DNA of 64,000 nt, taken from NCBI RefSeq assembly GCF_002113885.1, contig NW_018408622.1:741967-805966 (forward strand), in the 5' to 3' direction. Both the position numbers and the translations under genes were made by a program. The notes under the pieces are model-generated. The model did not search any database. It was not told the origin of the DNA and saw nothing but the letters and a program-made list of their open reading frames with translations. The DNA is from Mizuhopecten yessoensis (taxonomy: Eukaryota). Below, piece by piece: positions 12,601 to 24,600 of this stretch (position 1 is its first letter; each line of letters begins with the position of its first letter).

Positions 12601-15600
12601 CTTTTCAAATTATATGTCTCTTGTATCAGTAACGCCTTTCTGTTACTGAAAATACGTTAATTTGACCTTACAGATGGTCAGTCTGTCCCTGAGCCGCCCA
12701 GTCCAGACTCCCCACCAGTCAGTCCGAGTCCTTGGATGGGATCACATACCTCAATCTCCAGCTCCAGCAATGCTGGTATGATGCCCTATACCTCCCTATC
12801 CTCAGGTAATTTATAGCATCCAGTATATATATTATATGTTTCAATGATGATTAAGGCAATATGATACAAATACTTTGACATAATTATAAACCTTGCTTTC
12901 AAAAGAGTTCTATACTAGGAAATCTGTGTAATATCTTTTTGTCAGGTCGGACTAGTTTTATTAATCCTTTACCACTGTAAACCATCATGGACTCATCCAG
13001 ATGAATGTATGGTAAAGTCTACTCAAGTAACTTAGGGATGAAAGGGTTAAAAACATTTAGAAGGTAGACAGGAATATCATTATGTCTCGGTAACACTTAA
13101 GTAATTCTAAGTAATATGTGCAAAAAAGGCTGCTAGAATATCTAAGGGAGCCAACTCAACACAACAAAAATCACCAATAATATATAAAAGGCAGTTGATC
13201 CATAACAACATGGTTTTTAAGTGCAGTCTACACCTGGGTAGCCATAAACATGCACACTGTATACAGACATTGACCAGGATATAGAACTTAAGTGATGTAT
13301 ACAGACATTGACCAGGATATAGAACTTAAGTGATGGGTTAAATGTCACATAAAGGTTTTCACTTTGAATCTGGAATAAGTTAGATTTGATTTAAAACATA
13401 AATAAAACATTTCTATTCTAGTTATCTACTGATCTATATATCTAAATACTAATTCCTCTCAAAAGCTCTAGAGAATAAAAATTGTTCAGACTGATTGACA
13501 GTCATTTTATAGTTTAGTCCTAGTAGTGAAATGTGGTTTGACATGAGAGTTATACCCCTTTATTGGTGGTTTGACTTGAGGGTTATTTCCCTTTACTGGT
13601 GCTTTTACCTTAGAGTTATTCCCCTTTAATATTGGTTCGATTGAGTATGATTCCCGTTTACTGTTGGTTCGATTGAGGGTTGTTCACGTTTATTGTTGGA
13701 TTAACTTAAGGGTCATTCCCCTTTACTGGTGGTTTTACTTGAGGGTTATTCCCCCTTAACTTGTGGTTTGACTAGAGAGTTATTCCCCTTTACTGGTGTT
13801 TTTACTTGAGGGTTATCCCCCCTTAACTTGTAGTTTGACTCGAGAGTTATTCCCCTTTACTGGTGGTTTGACTTGAGGGGTATAACACTTTAACACTAAC
13901 ATTAACTTGGTGATGTGTCTTGTTTCCAGTGGTGTTGCCTCCTCCCTGCTCCGATGCGGGCCTGGCTCTGACTAGCACCCCTATCAGAGACTCCACTCCT
14001 TCTGTAATGCTCAGGAAGAAATCTGAGTGTAAGTCTAACATTATAACAATTAATACAAACACAATAAAAATACAAGACATCCGTTTAGTTTCAATACTTA
14101 TTTTTATCCAAGAACTAAGAACCATGTGAAAGACGCTTATATATGTGTATTTAAAAAGTTATGATAATAAAAAAAGAAATTGAGAATGAAAAGAATCATG
14201 AAGACTTCTCAAAAGTTTTTCTTCAAACTGTACTGGAAATTGTCGCCCCAATTGTTTTCCTCATATTCAAACAAGGATGTGTATGCATATGTTTTGTAGG
14301 CAATATTGAAATTTAGAAATAATTTATAATTAGTTAAAAAATGTATGTTCAATGGAATCAATATTGATGTTTTTGTTTGTAATTTTAGCCACACCAGAGG
14401 AGGATGCAATCAAATTGCAGAGGAGGACATCGTATCTCATGGCGACAGCCAAGGACAGAGACAGTCACAAACTGTCATTGGACAAATCCCAATCTCCCAA
14501 CCAATCAGCAGAGCTGACACTACAGTGTGTATTGTTCACAACATTTTTTGAACAAATATTTTGAAGAAAATATATATGTATGTATATGTAGTTACAATAT
14601 GTAAAAAGTAACGATAGGGTGATATTGTTAATTTTGACAGTCTCTTGGAGCAAATGACATTTGAAAATGTCAGAACAGCGCTTCATCTTTTATTATAAAA
14701 TTTCTCTTAATATCATGTTTTCTCTGACAATCAAAACAGCACATTATCTTAATGTCAAATTTCTCTGTATATCATGTTTTCTCTGACAAATGACTAACAT
14801 CAACATCTGATAAAAGCAGAATGTTTTAAATACAAAATTTCAACTTTCTTGAATTTAAACACTAAAGACATAATTTTAATTTTCTTTCAGTACACCAAAC
14901 AAACATCACAGTATGAAGAAGTTGAAGGCTTTCTTTGGAGAAAGGGTAATTATGATTATAAATTTGAGTGCAGTGAGGACATCCTAGGAGGGTTGATTGA
15001 TAACGATCTATTCTCAAAGTTGATTCTTAATTATGATATATAATTTATGAACTTCATTTAGAAGATTTACTTGAAATTATCAGTTCTTATCCAGCAATAA
15101 GCCCATGCCTGGTAATAAGCCCACCCATATCTGTAAGATTCGGTAGATATGTTAACGAATGCTATTGCATTGTCCTGTAATAAGTCCACCCATATCTGTA
15201 AGATTCGGTAGATATATTAATGTGTGCTATTGCATTGTCCTGTAATAAGCCCACCCATATCTGTAAGATTCGGTAGATATATTAATGTGTGCTATTGCAT
15301 TATCCTGTAATAAGCCCACCCATATCTGTAAGATTTGGTAGATATATTAATGTGTGCTATTGCATTGTCCTGTAATAGGCCCACCCATATCTGTAAGATT
15401 TGGTAGATATGTTAATGTGTGCTATTGCATTGTCCTGTAATAAGCCCACCCATATCTGTAAGATTCGGTAGATATGTTAATGTGTGCTATTGCATTGTCC
15501 TGTAATAAGTCCACCCATATCTGTAAGATTCGGTAGATATATTAATGTGTGCTATTGCATTGTCCTGTAATAGGCCCACCCATATCTGTAAGATTCGGTA

Positions 15601-18600
15601 GATATATTAATGTGTGCTATTGCATTGTCCTGTAATAAGCCCACCCATATCTGTAAGATTCGGTAGATATATTAATGTGTGCCATTGCATTGTCCTGTAA
15701 TAAGTCCACCCCCTACTTTTAGTCAGGGATTATATGTTGACCTCCTGGGATTATTACAGGAAATGCAGAAAAATGGATATGAATCATAATTACTGATCAT
15801 TACACGCTTTATATACTGTAAAATCAGATATTTTTGTGGGGCCCAAATTTTGTGGTTTCCCTCAAAAAACACCATGTCATGGGTACATTTACTCATTCAC
15901 CCCTGAAATTTCATAATGAACTATTCCAACCTTTGAATTGGAAGTGTTTAAATGTGTCTTCAGGGGTAAATGAGTTAATTTGTTGAATACAAGTATCCAC
16001 ACAAAGGGGGAATAGCTTTATGTCAAACTTATAATAATTTTGTGGACCTATGATTTTGTTATGATTACCCACAAAATCAACAAAACTTTTATCCCACGAA
16101 AAATAAGTGATTTCACAGTATTGTATTTCATATCATACAGATCGTGTTATATGTTACACTAGGAAATATTGTTTCACACTAAAATTATCCAAATAATTGA
16201 CCTAATGGAAATTTCTTAAATATAAACCAACAGTAATTATAGGAGAACACAATATTCATCTGGTTTTCAATGGTACTACATTTAGACAGATATCTTGCTT
16301 TGTTGATAGAATTCCATTATTTGGCACAACCTTATTTTGGCACCTCAGAAAAGCCAAAATTAGATTAGAATTTGGCTGAAAATGAAAGGTGAAAGAGATT
16401 CATAATAAGTGTATTTCTGAAAACGAATGTGTAGAGTGTGTTGATTTGGGCAATTGTAGACACCACGGATCATGGAGGCCACAGAGAAGAGACAGGACCC
16501 TGCCAGTCCGATACAGGAAGTGGCGAAAGAGGGCACACTCCACCTCAAAACTGACATCACTGATGGAAAGGTACAGTACTGGGTCTATAACAAAAGCTTT
16601 CTAATGTGTAATGTTAAACCTTGTATATCATCTTCATATCAAGACGTATAATAAATTAAAAACTTTATTGATTTTAAAATAATTATGATACAAGTTTTAA
16701 CAACTTATATTTATCACTCTTGTTGACCCTGATGTTGGCATGCGGGCAGGCGATCATCCCATACCTTTTCAGACCAATTGGGAAATGAAACCCCGGCTGC
16801 CTTGGTGAATGCCCTGTCATATAATGTTAATTGCTCAGAAAATATTTACAAATCTAAAGCATTGTTATTTTCTTAAGTCTTGCTGTTTGTTTGGTATGTA
16901 TTCTAGCAATCTTTGTTTTCCCCTGTCAAATACAGTAAAACCTTGTTATATTGACACCATTTGTCAAGAAAATTTTGGCATTATAAAGGAAGGAAATGTA
17001 TGGAGGAGTTGTAAAGAAAGGAAAAATGATGCATTGAAAGACATTGGTGGCAAGCAAAGTATCCAATAAAAAGAGGGGTATTACACAAAGTATCCAATAA
17101 ACAGAGGGGTATTACACAAAGTATCCAATGAAATAAGGGTATTACACAAAGTATCCAATAAAAAGAGGGGTATTACACAAAGTAGCCAATGAAATGAGGG
17201 TATTACACAAAGTATCCAATAAAAAGAGAGGTATTACACAAAGTATCCAATAAAAAGAGGGGAATTACACAAAGTATCCAATAAAAAGAGGGGTATTCCA
17301 CAAAGTAGCCAATAAAAAGAGGGGTATTACACAAAGTATCAAATAAAAAGAGGGGTATTACACAAAGTAGCCAATAAAAAGAGGGGTATTACACAAAGTA
17401 TCAAATAAAAAGAGGGGTATTACACAAAGTAGCCAATGAAATGAGGGGTATTACACAAAGTATCCAATAAAAAGAGAGGTATTACACAAAGTATCCAATA
17501 AAAAGAGGGGAATTACACAAAGTATCCAATAAAAAGAGGGGTAATACACAAAGTATCCAATAAAAAGAGGGGTATTCCACAAAGTAGCCAATAAAAAGAG
17601 GGGTATTACACAAAGTATCAAATAAAAAGAGGGGTATTACACAAAGTAGCCAATAAAAAGAGGGGTATTACACAAAGTATCCAATAAACAGAGGGTTATT
17701 ACACAAAGTATCCAATGAAATAAGGGTATTACACAAAGTATCAAATAAAAAGAGGGGTATTACACAAAGTAGCCAATAAAAAAAGGGGTATTACACAAAG
17801 TATCCAATAAAAAGCGGGGTATTACACAAAGTATCCAATAAACAGAGGGGAATTACACAAAGTATCCAATGAAATAAGGGTATTACACAAAGTATCCAAT
17901 AAAAAGAGTGGTATTACACAAAGTATCCAATAAAAAGAGGGGGATTACACAAAGTAGCCAATAAAAAGAGGGGTATTACACAAAGTATCAAATAAAAAGA
18001 GGGGTATTACACAAAGTAGCCAATGAAATGAGAGTATTACACAAAGCTTCCAATAAAAAGAGGGGTATTACACAAAGTAGCCAATGAAATGAGGGTATTA
18101 CACAAAGTAGCCAATGAAATGAGAGTATTACACAAAGCATCCAATAAAAAGAGGGGTATTACACAAAGTATCCAATAAAAAGAGTGGTATTACACAAAGT
18201 AACCAATGAAATAAGGGAATTACACAAAGTAGCCAAGAAAAAGAGGGGTATTCCACAAAGTAGCCAATGAAATGAGGGGATTACACAAAGAATCCAATAA
18301 AAAGAGGGGAATTACACAAAGTAGCCAATGAAAGGAGGGTATTACACAAGGTAGCCAATGAAATGAGGATATTACACAAAGTAGCCAAAAAAAAGAGGGG
18401 TATTCCACAAAGTAGCCAATGAAATGAGGGGATTACACAAAGTAGCCAATGAAACGAGGGTATTACACAAATTATCCGATAAAAAGAGGGGTATTCCACA
18501 AAGTAGCCAATGAAATGAGGGAATTACACAAAGTAGGCAATGAAATGAGGGGATTACACAAAGAATCCAATAAAAAGAGGGTTATTACACAAAGTAGCCA

Positions 18601-21600
18601 AGGAAATGAGAGTATTACACAAAGTATCCAATGAAATAAGGGTATTCCACAAAGTAGCCAATAAAAAGAGGGGTATTACACAAAGTATCCAATGAAATAA
18701 GGGTATTACACAAAGTAGGCAATGAAATGAGGGTATTACACAAAGTAGCCAATGAAATGAGGGTATTACACAAAGTATCCAATAAAAAGAGGGGTATTAC
18801 ACAAAGTAGGCAATGAAATGAGGGGTATTACACAAAGTAGCCAATGAAATAAGGGTATTACACAAAGTAGCCAATGAAATAAGGGTATTACAAAAAGTAG
18901 CTAATGAAATGAGGGGTATTACACAAATTAGCCAATGAAATAAGGGTATTACACAAAGTAGCCAATAAAAAGAGGGGTATTACACAAAGTAGCCAATGAA
19001 ATAAGGGTATTACACAAAGTAGCCAATAAAATGAGGGGTATTACACAAAGTAGGCAATGAAATGAGGGGTATTACAACTGGGTTACACTGTGTATTATTG
19101 GCTACAAACACATAACGATTGGATGATATATTTTTCAATTTCATGCCAGTGTGAACGCAAACTGGTTACATACATATTCCATGTAAATATGTATGTAACT
19201 GATTTGCATTCATACCAGCATGAACATTAATACTTATACTTACATTCTGAATAGTTAGTTATCACATACACTGTATATGTACTTCTTTTAGATATTTCAT
19301 TAAATTTCAATATTTTGAAATGTCTTTGTCATCAACGCAAACAAGAATCCAGTAACAGTCTAACGTCACCAAAACGTTTGATTCTCATGTAAATTGAGGC
19401 AACAGGAGAAGCTTCAAAATGACATTGATCTAATGGCTTTCATAGCTCTATGAATGCAATTTCTCATGGTAATGCATATAGAGGAACTTGCAGTGGAAAT
19501 GTAAACCTAATTTAATGTAGATGTCTGTGATTGTTACAGAGGAGCAGTGATAGGTCGTGGAAGCCTGTTTGGGTGGAGCTTAGAGGTCATGCTCTGTACT
19601 TACACAAGGAGAGGAAAGAACAATTGGGAGTGGTAAGTTTACTACCGTTAAGGTGAATTCATTCCTAGCCAGTTTTAAAAATGGTATCTGCTTGTATGAT
19701 AATTTGATATTAATCTGCTACTTTTAATTTTGTAGTTTGCTTTTCAATTCAATTCTCAATTGGCAAAGACACAATATTGTTAAATAAGATATTTTGGTAG
19801 GGCCCGGACAAAACACCATTTCATTGGTACATGAATTTGTGGATTACGAGTACCCACTAAAACTGAGAATTGCTTTATATCAAACTTGTAAATTACTTTA
19901 TGGACCTATGAACTTGTGGATGAAGATTACCAAAGAAATCAACGAAATTTAAAAAACCCACGAAAAATGGGTGATTTTACTGTAATTCTACTTGTCCATC
20001 TTTGTAATATTGGATAATGAAATTAATAAACATATAAAACATATAAAGTAGATTTTTAAAACTGAAACAATGTTTTGAAATGTTTTTTTGACAGTGCAAC
20101 CCTATAAAGGACGTTAGTATCAAGAAAACATGATAATAACCGAAAAGTGACATCAAGTGAAATGTACTGTACTAGATCTGCCAAAGTCTTATTAATTACT
20201 TTTATTTTGTCTCCAGGTACACCCTTTCTCCTTTGAGGACCAGCCGATCTCAATCAAGTCTGCCATTGTCGACATCGCCTATGACTACACAAAAAAGAAA
20301 AACGTGTTTCGTCTGAAGACATACAATGGCTCGGAGTACTTGTTCCAAGCAGAGGAGCACGAGGCCATGTTGTCATGGATACGCGCCATTCAGGAGAACA
20401 ATGACCCAGACTCGGATGTAAGGGGCACAAGATATAAAGTCAGGGTACAGTGTTTTCTCTGGATTCTTGTTTTGGCTTAATGCACAACCCGTTCTGCTTT
20501 TTTCGCTTTTCGGGACATGTCAACATCTCTTTCTCGTTAATCAGTTGACTTTGTTTTTCTGCTTCTTGCACAGTCCAACAGGCTATCTCTTCTTAGACCC
20601 AGGTCATTGCATAAGTCAGTTGGGAAAACTCCAGATACTTTTTCCCCGAGGACTATACACCTCAAGAGTATACATATATTCTTTATTCTGTAGAACTGTT
20701 TTTGTCTATATGACAGTGTTACGAGACAATATGCTAACTTCAAGTTGACTTTTCTTAAAACTGGGGAAAAAATCGCTTTTCTCGCAAAATCTGTTCAGTA
20801 AATAAGAGAAACACTTACAAACCATCTTCTCATATCTCCCAGTTGTCCACAAACCATCTTCTAATATCTCCCAGTTGTCCTTACTGGTATTTTGTAAAAC
20901 AGATTTGGTTTGGTTTGGTTTGGATTGCTTTGCTTTCATTTCTTTTCTTTTTTTTTTGGAAACAAAAATCATCTTGCTTGCTTGTAGTGCTAGTTTTAGT
21001 ATGTTATTCTGAAAGTATTTTCTTAACAACATTTTGAAACAGTGTTTGTCCAGGAGAGGACAAATCTTTTTGTTTCGGTTGTGCATTTCTCACCGACGAC
21101 GGGTAAACAGTAGAAAATACCATTTTGTACCTGACTTATTGTTTGTAAATAATTATTGAAATGTTTTGACTAGTGATAATTATATGTTATTTATATTACT
21201 GATAAGATATAGATAATAACTGAATGAAAAATCAAAGTTTAATGTATGATTAAAAACTACACCACTCTATTTACAAATGTAAATTTTGAAGATCAACTAG
21301 CACCATTACTACAAAAGTTGAATTAGAAATCAAATTTCCAGGCTTACAAATCTTTAATTTGTAAATTATGTAAATTGCAACTGAATTTTATTGTCAAGAA
21401 AATAGAATTAAAATAAATAATAATAATGAGTTGTCAAGTTTTCACTGATGCTGGGATAGTCAGCTTTCTGTGTTAGAAGCTGCAATGACTGGACATGCGG
21501 TAATTGACCAGTTGACCGGTGTTGTTGTTTACAGGAGAGGGGTTTAGCGAGTAAAGACCTGATTATTAGAAAGACCAACCAGCATGAATCAGCCCAGCCC

Positions 21601-24600
21601 CCAACCAGCGTTTCGACCAACAAGACTTCGCCGCAGGCCCCACCCAAGGCCATCAAAAAGCTACAAAGTCTCGCCCTCAAACCCAAGATACCACACTCCC
21701 CCAGTATGAAGCGCAAGAAGGCAGAAAGCAAAGGTAGGTATCCAATATGTGTCTTTAAAATGAGGGGGGATGGCAAATTGAAACTGAGTTTCAGGGTTTA
21801 ATGCCTGGGTGAAGGGTTTAATGCCTGGGTGAAGGGTTTCTGGGTGGTAGATTTTTGAGTATAACATAAACAGGGCCAGAAGGCATCGTATGGCATTTAA
21901 GAATTGTTATCTTCAGATGTTATAAAAAAGAATTCTTTCCAAATAAAAAGACTTTTGATGGATTTCCTGGGATATTAAACAGTTTTTGGTGATAATGTTC
22001 ACTATGGTAAAGTGGTAATTGGTGTCCAAGCTAAATCTTGTAAATTTGGGAGCTCTGTTGTATTATCTGCTGTCAATAGAATCTGTCGCAACATCCAACT
22101 TGTTGTTCCAGATGATAACACCAAAGCTAAGACACTCAAAGGGAAGCTGAAGAGTTTCCGTAAACACGGTGTATTAGGTTCAGGACATTCGGAAGAACAA
22201 GAGAACTCCGGGATGTTTGGGGTACCTCTATCATGTTGTATACCGTCACCTAACAATGATGTAAGTATTACATAGACAATTTACACGTAATTTTACATTT
22301 GTAATAAGGATATAAGCACTGAGATAAGTCTGATTGTTTAAAGTGGCAATGATTTGTACTTTCAGAATAAGATCAAACTGATATTATCTTAGGTTGTTCT
22401 GACCTCTGGCAGCTTTATTGCTGAGTATTTTAACTCAGATATATCTACTACCTCGGAAGTCATCAGTTTTAAGAATAGTTGTCTGTTCTTAGTTAGACAT
22501 GCGAGTACTGTGACACAGAAACATAAATAATCCATTTTAGGAACATTGTAATAAGATGTGTGTACTTTGTAATAAGAACATGTGTGCTTTGTGATAAGAA
22601 CATGTGTACTTAATTTATGATTGAAATGTGTGCACTTTGTATTAAGAATATGTGTACTTTGTAATTAGAATGCAATACCTTTTTGATTGAAATATGTGTA
22701 TTTTGTAAAAAGAATGTGTATTTTGTAATAAGAATGTGTACTTTGTAATAAGAATGTGTACTTTGTCGTAAGAAGATGAATGCACTTTGTATTAAGGATA
22801 TATAATGTTTACTTTTGCAGTTTGTGCCACTGATTGTTGACCTGTGCACTAAAATTGTGGAGGCACGAGGTCTGGAGTCGACCGGTGTGTACAGAGTTCC
22901 CGGTAACTCAGCCGCAGTCAATCACATGCAGGATGAACTCAACAAGGTTGTATTCATTATACAGAATGTGTTTTATATACTGTATACAGGGAACATTATA
23001 CAGAGTGTTTTATATACTGTGTACAGGGAACATTATACAGAATGCTTTATATACTGTATACAGTGAACATTATACAGAGTGTTTTATATACTGCTTACAT
23101 GGAACATTATATAGAATGTTTTATATACTGTATCCAGGGAACATTATACAGAATGTGTTATATACTGTATACAGGTAACATTATACAGAATGTGTTATAT
23201 ACTGTATACAGGGAAAATTATACAGAGTATTTATCTACTGTATACAGGGAACAGTATACAGAGTGTTTTATATACTGTGTACAGGGAACATTATACCGAG
23301 TGTTTTATATACTGTGTACAGGGAACATTATACCGAGTGTTTTATATACTGCTTACATGGAACATTATATAGAATGTTTTATATACGGTTTACAGGGAAC
23401 ATTATACCGAGTGTTTTATATACTGTATCCAGGGAACATTATACAGAGTGTTTATATAATGTATACAGGGAACATTATACAGTATATAAACCCTCTGTAT
23501 AATGTTCACTGTATACAGTATATAAAGCATTCTGTATAATGTTCGTTGTATACAGTATATAAAGCATTCTGTATAATGTTCGTTGTATACAGTATATAAA
23601 CCCTCTGTATAATGTTCACTGTATACAGTATATAAAGAATATTAAATAATGTTTCCTGAATACAGTATATAAAACACACTGTATAATGTTCCCTGGATAC
23701 AGTATATAAAACATTCTCTATAATGTTCCCTGTATACATTATATAAAACACTCTGTATAATGTTCACTGTATACAGTATATAAAACACAATCTGTATAAT
23801 GAATACATTACTATATGTATTCTATTATTTACAAATGTTCGCTGTAATGATAAATTTGCCCTCATTACGGAGAATCCGAACAGGCGAAAATTAAACAGCA
23901 GCAAATGTTCCCTGCATACAGTATATAAAACATTCTGTATTATGTTCCCTGTATACAGAATGTGTTTTATATACTGTATTCAGGGAACATTTGCTGCTGT
24001 TTAATTTTCGCCTGTTTTGATTCTCCGTAATGAGGGCAAATTTATCATTACAGCGAACATTTGTAAATAATAGAATACATATAGTAATGTATTCATTATA
24101 CAGAATGTGTTATATACTGTATACAGTGAACATTATACAGAGTGTTTTATATACTGCTTACATGGAACATTATATAGAATGTTTTATATACTGTATACAA
24201 GGAACATTATACAGAATGTTTTATATACTGTATACAGGGAACATTTGCTGCTGTTTAATTTTCGCCTGTTTGGATTCTCCGTAATGAGGGCAAATTTATC
24301 ATTACAGCGAACATTTGTAAATAATAGAATACATATAGTAATTAAATGCAAAGGGTGAATTTAGTATTCGGTGTAGAATTATTTTAACTTCAAAGGGGAA
24401 AATTTGGCTAGAAGAAAATTTCCCTGTATACAGTGTAGCAAATTTTATGAGTCTGGTCAAAATCATATCCATCAATTGTGTTCAGACAAACTTATTACAG
24501 AGACTAAATCAATGTTGCGAATGCAACTTATTTTCATTGATAATAAGGTCCCATAATTATTTCTGCCTTGGTCATTGTTCTTTTTATTTGCAGATAGCAG

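Noticed and set aside
22947-24358. ORFs with [10 protein letters not shown] repeats
   Set aside because: They are translations of the 37-bp satellite; the true exon ends at 22946.
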